In this document: piece by piece, positions 27,201 through 38,000 of the stretch
Numbering within the stretch: position 1 is the first letter of the stretch
How the letters are laid out: each line of letters begins with the position of its first letter
Assembly: GCA_002633005.1 (NCBI GenBank)
Contig: NMRA01000077.1
Location: 434,001 to 498,000, forward strand
Source: Phoronis australis
Taxonomy: Eukaryota; Animalia; Phoronida
Direction: 5' to 3'
DNA length: 64,000 nt
Notes under the pieces: model-generated
Seen by the model: the letters and a program-made list of their open reading frames with translations, nothing else
Database searches by the model: none
What the model was told of the DNA's origin: nothing
Position numbers and translations under genes: made by a program

Positions 27201-28413
27201 ATATTATTAAAGGGCAGGGTTAACATTTTTGGAGTTATTTTGTGGGAAATATGACATATGTACAGGATAATAGCTCAACTCAGTGATCCCATAGCCATAA
27301 TTAACTAACGCATGCTACATTCCTGAAGTAGTTGGTGTATAGTTACCAGTGAAACAGAACACAGAAACAAGACGCAGAAAATTGATGTACACAAAGTATA
27401 ACACTTGAGAAATATCGGGTGCATATGTCACACAGGGGCAACTGAACGGGTACTTTTAATACGGAATATTAACCAGGATAATAAAAAATTTCTTTTTGAA
27501 AGAAACATAACCATGAGTGTTGACTTTCCCCACTGGTGCTTGCTTGCACTTCATGCAGATCCTACGCTAGTATACACATGACTACTGACATATCACAGTA
27601 TCACATTTGAGACTACTCATGTGACTGGACCAAACCAATATTCTTACACTGTGCTGATTTGAACAGCTACTTCTCAGAATAAGTTATGATATCAAAAACC
27701 ACTAGGTTTAAACTTTACACTGAATCGACATAAAGGTCGCACCAAGTAAAGCCAATACAAGACATTAAGAAGCAGATGATGACTAAAAACAGCCACTTAT
27801 TCAGTGAATGAAACTGGCTCTTTTATAAATTTGGGACCACTATTTTCAATCAACCCAACCAATAACGGCACAAGTGATGACATAGACAGCTGAAAGCAAC
27901 AAATATTCAAGTCCCTGCATGCCAGAGGAAAAACAGAGAAATATATAAGGGTAATAGTAGGATGGAACAATCCCAGATCTTGAGAAACTGGGGAGTGAGA
28001 AGCAGTCACTGGGGCCAATAACGGATTAACAACCATTACTCTGACGAAATTTGTGGTGAATCTGCACAATATAAAGGCCTATAGCTCTCTGGTCGACTGA
28101 TTAAGATTAAGATGCCAGGTACTGAAGTGAGAGGTACTGTGTTCGAAACTTGGAACAAGGCTCTTTTTCAATATAAGCCCAACTGGTTCTAAAATCTGAG
28201 ACTATCACATCTGACTATAACAGTATAACCAGGGTTAAACTCTGTCACATTCCAAACACTAACCAACAGTTAAAGACTTAATACCATTCTTGAGAGTCAT
28301 TTTTTTTCAGTTACACCCATCCCATTTACCTGTGCAGCAATCTGATTCAAGGCTTCACTCTCTTGCGTGTAGCGGGTCCCAGCCCTCCTTCTCCCGGCAC
28401 TTCCTCCAGACAT
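3116..28413 (-). CDS. LRRFIP2: Leucine-rich repeat flightless-interacting protein 2 (LRRFIP1/2 family), spliced gene, 10 core coding exons, about 405 aa
   Basis: Exons 28413-28330, 17102-16971, 15153-15076, 14506-14336, 13868-13776, 12888-12690, 11685-11518, 6413-6334, 5371-5267 and 3223-3116 are all GT-AG with consistent phases (1218 nt including stop). Family motifs: [96 protein letters not shown]. Confidence 0.95.
3361..3366 (-). terminator. Candidate poly(A) signal AATAAA for the proximal alternative terminal exon
   Basis: tttatt on the plus strand, between the stop at 3920 and the canonical last acceptor at 3224. The hexamer is common in AT-rich DNA. Confidence 0.35.
3920..4003 (-). CDS. 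LRRFIP2: LRRFIP2 candidate alternative terminal exon ([27 protein letters not shown])
   Basis: TTTTCAG acceptor, phase 0, 27 codons plus TAG. HLKRSL echoes HLQKRL of the canonical last exon. AATAAA downstream at 3366-3361. Confidence 0.55.
   Translation of the reverse strand: MLRTRSLEYEICHLKRSLSSPEVEHYV
5267..5371 (-). CDS. LRRFIP2: LRRFIP2 exon 9 ([35 protein letters not shown])
   Basis: CATCAG acceptor, GTAGGC donor, 105 nt. Confidence 0.95.
5937..6280. mobile_element. MITE with CAGTAAAATC termini (Tc1/mariner-like)
   Basis: CAGTAAAATCCTGTCAATTTACAAC ... GTTGTGAATTGGCGAGATTTTACTG|TA inverted termini. Confidence 0.55.
6334..6413 (-). CDS. LRRFIP2: LRRFIP2 exon 8 ([27 protein letters not shown])
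   Basis: TTGTAG acceptor, GTAAGT donor, 80 nt, phase 1-0, highly conserved peptide. Confidence 0.93.
6982..7226. mobile_element. Second MITE with related GCAGTAAAAT termini
   Basis: GCAGTAAAATATCACCGACTCCAGAC ... GTCCTAAATTAGTGAGATTTTACCGC imperfect inverted termini. Confidence 0.45.
7461..7570 (-). CDS. LRRFIP2: LRRFIP2 candidate alternative exon 8b ([36 protein letters not shown])
   Basis: TTTTTAG acceptor, GTAAGT donor, 110 nt, phase 1-0 like exon 6413-6334, heptad pattern. Confidence 0.7.
8028..8111 (-). CDS. LRRFIP2: LRRFIP2 candidate cassette exon ([27 protein letters not shown])
   Basis: TTTGTAG acceptor, A|GTGAGT donor, 84 nt, phase 1-1, open frame, coiled-coil composition. Confidence 0.7.
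9365..10420. repeat. About 500-bp direct duplication across a single N (9870), each copy starting with a 44-bp x3 minisatellite
   Basis: 9365-9869 is nearly identical to 9875-10420. The second copy has an extra internal duplication of about 40 bp. Confidence 0.85.
11518..11685 (-). CDS. LRRFIP2: LRRFIP2 exon 7 ([29 protein letters not shown]...LEVQ)
   Basis: TTTCAG acceptor, C|GTAAGG donor, 168 nt, phase 1-1. Confidence 0.9.
12231..12366. repeat. 49-bp minisatellite x about 2.8
   Basis: Unit ATTGCTCTGCAGGTATGACTAGATAACTGTAATTGAGCCCAACCCATGT. Confidence 0.85.
12394..12713 (-). repeat. About 26-bp G-rich minisatellite x about 12, derived from the LRRFIP2 exon 6 end and donor
   Basis: Unit AGGACTTGGGGGAGGGGACATTAGGT. 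The first unit overlaps coding sequence QDLGEGTL. Confidence 0.88.
12690..12888 (-). CDS. LRRFIP2: LRRFIP2 exon 6 (EHGLIFVG...[12 protein letters not shown])
   Basis: CTTAG acceptor, G|GTAGGA donor (phase 1). Matches the recalled KHGL...AGEGPLD segment. Confidence 0.88.
13036..13367. repeat. 20-bp minisatellite x about 16
   Basis: Unit GGCACTGTCCACCACTACTG. Confidence 0.92.
13776..13868 (-). CDS. LRRFIP2: LRRFIP2 exon 5 ([31 protein letters not shown])
   Basis: CATAG acceptor, GTAAGG donor, 93 nt, phase 0-0. Confidence 0.9.
14336..14506 (-). CDS. LRRFIP2: LRRFIP2 exon 4 ([24 protein letters not shown]...KDRSR)
   Basis: TAG acceptor, GTGAGT donor, 171 nt, conserved coiled coil. Confidence 0.95.
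15076..15153 (-). CDS. LRRFIP2: LRRFIP2 exon 3 ([26 protein letters not shown])
   Basis: TTTCAG acceptor, GTAGAA donor, 78 nt, conserved SSRRGS. Confidence 0.88.
16971..17102 (-). CDS. LRRFIP2: LRRFIP2 exon 2 ([29 protein letters not shown]...LGDR)
   Basis: TTCCAG acceptor, GTATGT donor, 132 nt, family signature helix. Confidence 0.95.
17591..17834. mobile_element. Decayed hAT-like MITE
   Basis: CAGGGCTTGACATTA left end and TATATCAAGCCATG right end. No clean target-site duplication. Confidence 0.3.
22341..22568. repeat. 38-bp minisatellite x6
   Basis: Unit TTCACACTAAACTTTCACATAACACGCTTTATTCCTAG. Confidence 0.9.
28330..28413 (-). CDS. LRRFIP2: LRRFIP2 exon 1 ([28 protein letters not shown])
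   Basis: ATG at 28413, 28 codons, donor CAG|GTAAAT. Resembles the recalled vertebrate N-terminus (SGRKR...EDEALSNIARE). Confidence 0.9.
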
Positions 28414-28944
28414 TGTGTATTTTCTGCGTTACAGGATAGAACTAAGAACTAACATCCGCCTACGTAAAATGAATACAGGTTACGAATGCGATTTGTAACT
28501 CCAGTACAAGGCAGTAGCTCAACTTTCGAGGACTCGTTCCGTGATGAAACTTGCAGAGAAGCGATTTACCTGCCTTTATAGGAACTTAGAACAAGCTTTA
28601 AAGATACTTGTCAATGTCAAACTATACGCGTATTCCCAATGATTCTATTTAATCTGCTCACTTGTACTGCAAATACTCTCACTGTTATTAAAAAGCTGTA
28701 CTTTTATCGCTTATCCTTCCTGAATATGAAACATTCTTCCATGTTAGATCTGTGACGTCATCCTGGGCAAGCGCTCTTCCGGATGGGGCTTTCCAAGTTG
28801 CCCGGATGTTGACCTAAATAACACACATTCACCTGTGCGCATGCGTTTATACGTGTCGCGCATGAGTACATTAGTTTTCCGGGTTCCCCAAAAAATTGTG
28901 CGTGAGAAAGCGTTTGTTTATAATGCGGTAATTATTTTGCAAAC
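28414..28944. promoter_or_regulatory. Bidirectional promoter and 5' UTRs shared by LRRFIP2 and GOLGA4
   Basis: 531 bp between divergent ATGs. CpG-richer core with CRE TGACGTCA 28753-28760, ETS CTTCCGG 28776-28782 plus CCGGATGT and TTCCGG copies, kB-like GGGGCTTTCC 28785-28794, and NRF1 TGCGCATGCG 28836-28845. Confidence 0.8.
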
Positions 28945-29031
28945 ATGTTCAAAAAATTGAAGCAAAAAATCCAGGAAGGTGTAGACCAGGCAGCTACAAG
29001 GACTCAACAAGCTTTAGAGAAAGCGTCTAAG
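28945..29031 (+). CDS. GOLGA4: GOLGA4 exon 1 (MFKKLKQKIQEGVDQAATRTQQALEKASK)
   Basis: AAACATG start context, AAG|GTAAAG donor, GRIP-golgin N-terminal motif. Confidence 0.93.
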
Positions 29032-32000
29032 GTAAAGTGTAGTTGACAATTCAAGAGAATCTATTCATCTGGAGTCATTTCCAGTTTCTCAACTTACCGA
29101 GTCAGTTGATAGTTTTCAGTTCACACAAGTTAGGCGACTGCCCCATCGGCATCACCTGTCGTGCGTTCCGTGCACCGAGAAACTTGCGGAAGCACGAGAT
29201 CACTCAAGAATTCACAAGATATTGCTTTGTACTGTAAGCAAAGCACTTGATCTCTTTTCCTTAGCAAGATTCTCACACCTTTTCATAACCATCCTACTCA
29301 TGGATCAGGGTGGTCACACCTGAAAGTGAAGGTAGGCCTATGTGAACCTCCATGGGCAGAAAAAATCAATTTACAATTGCCTGTAATGTGGAAAGTAACT
29401 CTTAAAGTTCCACCCCCCCCCCTCCCCCATGTAAAACATAATTTATTTNCTCCCCAATGTAAAACATAATTTATTTAGCCCCGCCCCCATTGCAGCCATA
29501 CATCCAGACCTTCTAGGGAGTTGTACTGCCTCTGCCTGACCCAGATATAGTGGTAAGAACTACTCTTTTTAAAGTACTGCCCATAATGTTGAATGCAGTA
29601 CGCTTATCACGAAATTTATAAAAAAAACAATGACTCTAAAGACAATTAAGCCGGTAATAGTTTGATATATCGTGCCCCTATTTTAAGAACAGGGTTTCTC
29701 CACTGAATAACGGGCATCAACTGATTCTCAAAATATAGATCTGGCTATTGCAGTTCAGTAAACATGATTTGAAAATATCCTTGAAATTGTGCTGAGTTTC
29801 ACTTCAGCTTCTCTCACAGGATGCCATTTTGATGATAAGTTACGTGAAATTACTTTAGTTCACAAATGAAATATCCAAGGGACTGTTTGATTGTAACATC
29901 ATAAAACTTCATCATGTTATATCCTACAGTGTCACGTTCACTCACATCCTGGGTGACATTCTTTTAATGAATGCAAGTTTTCCATTTAGCAATTACCAAG
30001 TCATGCAAAAATGTAATGTGTCATGTCTTCCTTTAACCAGTTTTAAGTGTGCCATGTTCCATCAGATTGAGGTAAGCCTTTGGACAAAGTATGTAGTTCA
30101 TTCCGTAAATTCTATGTATTGTTTTTTCAAATTTGTTTTGCGATTGAGTTGACTTACGTTGTCTACAGTTATTTCCATAAAAACGAAATATGTACAATTT
30201 GGTTACATTGTTCATTCTCTTGTAGTGATGTTATTAAAATGCACAAAACAAAATACAAAGTCACCACTTATTCACATTCATGTTCACACTCCAAGCATAG
30301 TTGTCTAAAATGCACTAAAAGTAGTTGACATTTAAGCAGTGACTAACTATACTAGTTACCTGTACAGTGATAAAAGATTCTATGATTCCATTATTCGGAA
30401 AGATTTTTGCAGTTAGGTATCATGAATCAGTTTTGGAGTAATGGATGGTTTTCATAGCACATGAAATCTGGCACCAAGTTTGGGCAACAATTTGATGACA
30501 AGTAATATTTTATTTTTTTGTTACTAACACGAAAGTATGTTTGTTGCTTCGAAAATGACGTTTTCATGTTCTGTACTAGTGCCGTAACTATAGTTAGACA
30601 ATGTTTAAAAATAATAGGGGCATTCACTCAGATGTTCGAACCTTTTGAAAATGAAAAAGGCCAGTCTACCAATATTTTTTTCTGAAATTGATAAGATTTT
30701 TCTGTTTTATATAGCAGTTCATTAAGAAGGCTAAAAAGAATTTAAAATAAGCTTAGTAATTTTGAGTACTGTGCAAGAATAGTGAATGTCGTATAAATGA
30801 AGATACCTTGGTGGAGTGCCTGTATCGGCCACTCAAACTGTAAGTCACATGCATTTGTGCTGTAGTGCCTATACACCAGCAATGAACAGACCTCAGGGTT
30901 GCCCATGCATTTGTGCTGTAGTGCCTATAGACCAGCAATGAACAGACCTCAGGGTTGCCCATGCATTTGTGCTGTAGTGCCNNNNNNNNNNNNNNNNNNN
31001 NNNNNNNNNNNNNNNNNAAAACATAATTTATTTAGCCCCGCCCCCATTGCAGCCATACATCCAGACCTTCTAGGGAGTTGCACTGCCTCTGCCTGACCCA
31101 GATATAGTGGTAAGAACTACTCTTTTTAAAGTACTGCCCATAATGTTGAATGCAGTACGCTTATCACGAAATTTATAAAAAAAAACAATGACTCTAAAGA
31201 CAATTAAGCCGGTAATAGTTTGATATATCGTGCCCCTATTTTAAGAACAGGGTTTCTCCACTGAATAACGGGCATCAACTGGTTCTCAAAATATAGATCT
31301 GGCTATTGCAGATTAGTAAACATGATTTGAAAATATCCTTGAAATTGTGTTGAGTTTCACTTCAGCTTCTCTCACAGGATGCCATTTTGATGATAAGTTA
31401 CGTGAAATTACTTTTGTTCACAAATGAAAAATCCAAGGGACCGTTTGATTGTAACATCACAAAACTTCATCATGTTATATCCTACAGTGTCACGTTCACT
31501 CACATCCTGGGTAACATTCTTTTAATGAATGCAAGTTTTCCATTTAGCAATTACCAAGTCATGCAAAAATGTAATGTGTCATGTCTTCCTTTAACCAGTT
31601 TTAAGTGTGCCATGTTCCATCAGATTGAGGTAAGCCTTTGGACAAAGTATGTAGTTCATTCAGTAAATTCCATATATTGTTTTTTCAAATTCGTTTTGCG
31701 ATTGAGTTGACTTACGTTGTCTACAGTTATTTCCATAAAAATGAAACATGTACAATTTGGTTACATTGTTCATTCTCTTGTAGTGATGTTATTAAAATGC
31801 ACAAAACAAAATACAAAGTCACCACTTATTCACATTTATGTTCACACTCCAAGCATAGTTGTCTAAAATGCACTAAAAGTAGTTGACATTTAAGCTGTGA
31901 CTAACTATACTAGTTGCCTGTACAGTGATAAAAGATTCTATGATTCCATTATTCGGAAAGATTTTTGCAGTTACGTATCATGAATCAGTTTTGGAGTAAT

Positions 32001-35000
32001 GGATGGTTTTCATAGCACATGAAATCTGGCACCAAGTTTGGGCAACAATTTGATGACAAGTAATATTTTATTTTCTTGTTGCTAACACGAAAGTATGTTT
32101 GTTGCTTTGAAAATGACGTTTTCATGTTCTGTACTAGTGCTGTAACTATAGTTAGACAATGTTTAAAAATAATAGGGGCATTCACTCAGATGTTCGAACC
32201 TTTTGAAAATGAAAAAGGCCAGTCTACCAATATTTTTTTCTGAAATTGATAAGATTTTTCTGTTTTATATAGCAGTTCATTAAGAAGGCTAAAAAGTATT
32301 TAAAATAAGCTTAATAATTTTGAGTACTGTGCAAGAATAGTGAATGTCGTGTAAATGAAGATACCTTGGTGGAGTGCCTGTATCGGCCACTCAAACTGTA
32401 AGTCACATGCATTTGTGCCGTAGTGCCTATAAACCAGCAATGAACAGACCTCAGGGTTGCCCATGCAGTTGAGCATCCAAATGTGTAGATGTGGGAGGGA
32501 GTGTTCTGCTCCCACAAGGGGCTTGGGGTCTACCTCGAGACATTTCTTTTAATTAAAAGTTCAGCTACGGGTTAAACAAATTCGAATAGGGAATAAAAAA
32601 TTTTGGGAGAATTGAATTGGGGTGCAGTTTAAAGATGGCTAACTGACCTGTTGAAACAGCCTGAAGAGAGCCGTTGATTTGCAGCATGGGTTATAATAAT
32701 GCGAAGTACTCTGTCAAAAATGTGGAAAGCCTCAACACCGTCATTATAATTGTTAATATCAAATTTATTACTCTTGGTCGTCTTGTTATTGTTATTTTTA
32801 ATCAAAAGAGCCTTTCATACTAACGTCGACGCATCGATGGTTTGGGGAGTTGTGGGCAGTATGAACGCTTAACTCCGGTCCTTGATCGCAGTTAAGCTCC
32901 AGTTAACATCGCAGTTAAGAGGTGGATTTAATAGCGCAGCGTCGATGCTGCGGTGTAGTATGAACGCTTAACTTCGGTCCAATCGAAGTTATCGCCAGGT
33001 GCCGCTGTTATCGTCAACAGTTACAGGGTAGTGCCGTCACTAATAGCTGCTTATATTGTGCTCTAATAATAACCAATCGATTTAAAAATTAGTTTAATGT
33101 CACTTAGCACATGTAAATGTTTCCAAATTGAAACATTGAAAAAGAACCTTAGCGTGCAACGCTACCTTGCGATAACTTCGATGACGACAGCGGCACCAAC
33201 CGCTTGCTTCGATGTTCATTTACTACCGAAGCCAGTATGAACGGTCCAGTTAACTGTGCTGTTTACGTCAACGCTCCGCTCAGACCAGAGTTAAGTCAAT
33301 ATAAAAGGGTCTAAAGGGACGAGCCAGAACCCCAGGACCCTTCTGTGCAAGATACACCCAAGTTTGTACTCAAACTTCATTGCTCAGTTTTAACTTGTTG
33401 GTTAATTCATAACAACGGTGTTATTCAATTAATGTCACCTCTTCAGTAAGAGTTTCAGAATCATTTTAATATTGCTCTGTATTCAGCTTTTGTCTCTTCT
33501 AGTCCAATTCTGCTTCCGACGATGCCCAGACAGGCACGCTGGTTGATTTGGACCCCCCCGGGAATCAGAAGGTCCCTGAGGCAGCGTCCTCTCTCTTCAG
33601 TATTGGGGATGATGATGAGGTAAATTGCAATTTAATACAGGTGGAAGGTGTATTGTCATCACGCAAGCTTGTCTTCTCATTATTGGCCTGAGTACATGTC
33701 ATGAATATTCAATGATGTGAAGTTCATGCTGGTGATGTACTCACATGTTGTTACTGGCATTAGTTCTGTGTTACTGCTGTTTTGTTTGAGTGCAGTCCTC
33801 TTAAATTCTCATTCACTGATTTTTCCCCAAGCAAAACCAATATTTATTTGATGTTTGAAGATGCATTGGCACATCATATGTACCATCATGTGAATAATAA
33901 ATTTGAATGTTTTGATCTCTGGAAAGTTGAAATGCTTGACCTTGATCACCAGTCATGTATATGTTGCTTGCTAGATAACAACTATGGCACCAAGATGTGG
34001 TTTGTCATAATGTCATTGTTAAACAAATTATTTGACATCATGCAACATTGGGACTTATCCGGTTGTCGTATAAGTTTTAAATTTTTACGGTGCTCAACTC
34101 AGAGCGATATAGTGTCGTCAAAGTGTTTAAGCAAATCTGCATGACCTGAGTGTAACTGAAAACTGAGATGTCCGGTTACTATTGGTTTTTTTTTTCTCTA
34201 GAATGTTTAAAATAAGTTAGCTGCATATGCTCTTCCATTCATAGTCTAAGCTTAAATGGTTCAAAAGACCTGAAGTGGCAAGGAACATTAATTGTGTTCT
34301 AAATTTTTTTTTCATATTCACTTTCTTGCATCCATCCTCAACTAAGACCAAGCTCAGAAGACTAAGAGACTCATTTGTGCAGTGCTCTGCCAGTAATGCT
34401 AGGATTTGAACTCTGGTCTCTCAAATTTAATGGAAGTCCAACTCTTGAACGACTGACTCGCTGTCTTCGGTTATGTATTAATATTCTTACCATTATTTTT
34501 GTGATCATTATAATTATTTTTGTTACTCTTTATGGTATCTGTATTGTTTGTTATATAAGTGCTATTTTTTCCTAATGATTATAGTATCCCCTGTGTATTA
34601 TTTCACTATTAGTGTATAATTGTAAATGCGTGTAACAAACTTCACAGACCAAGAAGAGTCCTTCCCACTCCATGACGGATGTTCCGCTGAACAGTCCAGC
34701 GCACGAGACCCCACAGAAGCTGGTGGTCCATCGCAGCTCATCAGACACTCCGTCTGTCCCTGATAGTCCCTTGCCCCTCTATGAGACACCACAGCGGCAA
34801 TACGTGCTACCCAGTGACGTAGAGAGCGAGGTGGAGGACCAGAACCCCCCAACCAGCCTGGAACACATCTCCAAAGAGGAGATCTACCACAAATTCAAGA
34901 TACTTGACAAGAACCTGGCCAAGTATCGTGGCAAATATAAACAAGTTAGTTGTTGGAAAACTTATATCAGTGCTGCCACATGTAGTATTAACTCATGTTA

Positions 35001-38000
35001 ATATGTCTACATTGATGTGAGAGTTGTGCAATTGCTGTAAGCTTTCCCAAAAAATTGAAGAAATCTATTCTGGTCATGTATCAACAGTTGTTTTATCGTT
35101 ATTTTCATTTTGGATAACAGCAAAATCATTAGAGGATCGGGTCATGTGGCTACTGTTATACTATATCATCCATTGTATTTAGTCGGATTAACTATGTGTA
35201 TGCCTAGAATCTAAATAGACAATAAACCCACCCTTCTGTCAAAAGGCTACTTTCACTTTGGCCTCAGTTTTCTCCATACACAGATTGGAAATGATTTCTA
35301 GGCTTGAGAAGAACTGGTGGCTCATTTTTGCTTTAGGTCATTCTCCTTAAACTTGTTTTTTGTGGCGGGTTACTTAAGACAGCAAGACAGTATGGTATGA
35401 TTTGCTGTGTACTTAAATATTCTGCTTTGAGCATTTACTCAAACGCGTTCGAGTATATTCCTTTTAAACTGAAATTTTTGAAAATTTGAGCATGGACTTA
35501 AATATTGGCGTTAACCATAATAGATTTGGCTGTCATTCTGCATTGCAGAATGTTCCTTCAGTTTAAGTGTAAACTTTGAAATGCAACATTGTGCATTTTT
35601 CCTTGAAGTTATTATTCAATTTCAAATACAACTTAACAACAGTTTACAATGTTTCTTGTATTTAGATATTCATTTTTACAGTACTGTGTAATGTTCATTA
35701 ATGTTGAATGTTTTATTTCTTTTCATATGTGTTTTGTTTCTACTTTATGGTTTCTGTGTTTTCACCTTGCATTATGTTTCTATCATTTCTAGATTTTAAA
35801 TGCTTATAAAGAACTTGAAAAAGACCGAAATAAGATGAAGGTATGATGAGTTTTGTAAGAGGAGTTCAAAGTTTTTCAAATTCATAACTCTTGCTATTAG
35901 TTGTGTTCTGAATTTGGAATGCTTTAAAAACTGTTACGTTGCACAGTTTTGTGCATGCAAAAATATAGTGTGGATACTCTGCAATATTTTTAAACATGCA
36001 GTTTTTGAATTGCAAACAGTGTCATATATTTTGTCATGCAATGCCATTTGTTGCACTGCAAACAGTGTCCTATATTGTGTCATATAGTGTCATTCATCAT
36101 ACTGCGGTGTCCTATACAATAGATAGTAGATCTAACTTTTCATAGTTGGTGCTGTTGGTTCAGTCCCATGGCAAAGCATGGTTTGTACGTGGCTTTATAG
36201 TAACTGTGCTGTTCTGACCCCTGTTGCTTGTATTGTCAGGAAACCTTAGTCCAGTCCCAAGACAAAGCATTCCGTCGTATCTCGGAGTTGAAAGAACAAG
36301 CTCAGCTGGAAATACTGGCAAAGAAGGACTTGGAACAGAACTATTCCATGTTGTTGGAGGAAAAAGACAACTCTATAGCTGCACTCAGCACACAGGTATG
36401 ACTAGCTGTACTTAGCACACAGGTATGACTAGCTGCACTCACACACAGGTATGACTAGCTGCACTTAGCATACAGGTATGACTAGCTGTACTTAGCACAC
36501 AGGTATGACTAGCTGCACTCAGCACACAGGTATGACTAGCTGTACTTAGCACACAGGTATGACTAGCTGCACTCACACACAGGTATGACTAGCTGCACTT
36601 AGCATACAGGTATGACTAGCTGTACTTAGCACACAGGTATGACTAGCTGCACTCAGCACACAGGTATGACTAGCTGTACTCAGCACACAGGTATGACTAG
36701 TTGCACTTAGCACACAGGTATGACTAGCTGCACTCAGCACACAGGTATGACTAGCTGCACTCAGCACACAGGTATGACTAGCTGCACTTAGCACACATGT
36801 ATCACTAGCTGTACTTAACATGCAGGTTTCATTAGGTGTACTTAGTACACAGTTGCACTAAAGGTAGCATATCACTATTGTGTATTTATTTATTATAGTG
36901 ACATAAGGGTACCAGTAAATACAATATCAAAGACAGATTATTCACCACACCCCCCAGCCTCAATGGGCTTACTCAGTCACCTAATAATAATTAAATCATT
37001 ACATAACAAATTGCACAAGCTCAAATATATTCGTTGTCCCCTCTGCTCATTATCAGGTACGATTCCTCAAGCAAGGCAAAGATACTCCCGATGGTAACCA
37101 GTCCCTTCCAGGAACCCCTACTAAGGGTCAGGGGGAGGGGTCAGTTATTGACTCACCTGGTGCAGACAACAATACTGCTCTACAAGAGAAGGTAAAAGTT
37201 TGCATTCTTGGACATCCTTATATTATCCCAGTCTCACTGACTCTCGGTTTTTATCTGTTAAAGACCATGTTGTGAGATTCTTGGCTGGTATCCTGGGACT
37301 GCTTATATGAAAAAGTCCCAACAAAACCCTCCAATGTTCCCTAAATCTTCTCCACAGTTGTGGACCTTGTTTACTCGTTTATGTTATATTTTCCTGCCAC
37401 TTTATCTTCATTTTGAGCTCCTCCTTTTCTTGTGCCATTTTCTAATCATAGATCTGAAAATTGGGCCCTTACTCCAAGTAAAATAAACAGAGGCGTACTC
37501 CTTAAATTAGGAGCGTTGCCCTATTTATTTTCAAATAATACTAAGCATTTCCTGTCGGTATGTATTAAAGCTAAAAGTGTCTTACTAAAAGGGCAATCAA
37601 TGTTTCCACAAATGCTCTGAAAATTACTATAAGAGAAAATTTCTGTGATTTACCATGGTCGTAAAAATATTGTATTGAATTGTATTGTATTGTTCTCAGG
37701 TGAAACGTTTAGAAGTGCTACTCTCTAAATGCAAGGAAACCATCACCAGTCATAAGGACAAACAGGCACAGCTAATCTGTGAGAAGGAAATGGTGTCACA
37801 GCAGTTGACAGCTAAGGAGGAGGAGCTTAAGCAGGCCAAGGTAACAGGCCCCGCCTTGATCTGTGAAAATGGATTCATTTCACTATCATTTAAGTACAGT
37901 TTGGACTGTGCAGCAGAATTTGCTTGTTCAAAAAACAAAAAGTAAAAAAAGTTATTATAATCTTGCATTCATTGACTTGGCAAAGGTGAAAAAATCAATT

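Noticed and set aside
29967-32517. Paired identical short ORFs suggesting a duplicated small-gene cluster
   Set aside because: They come from the haplotype-like duplication of non-coding intron sequence.
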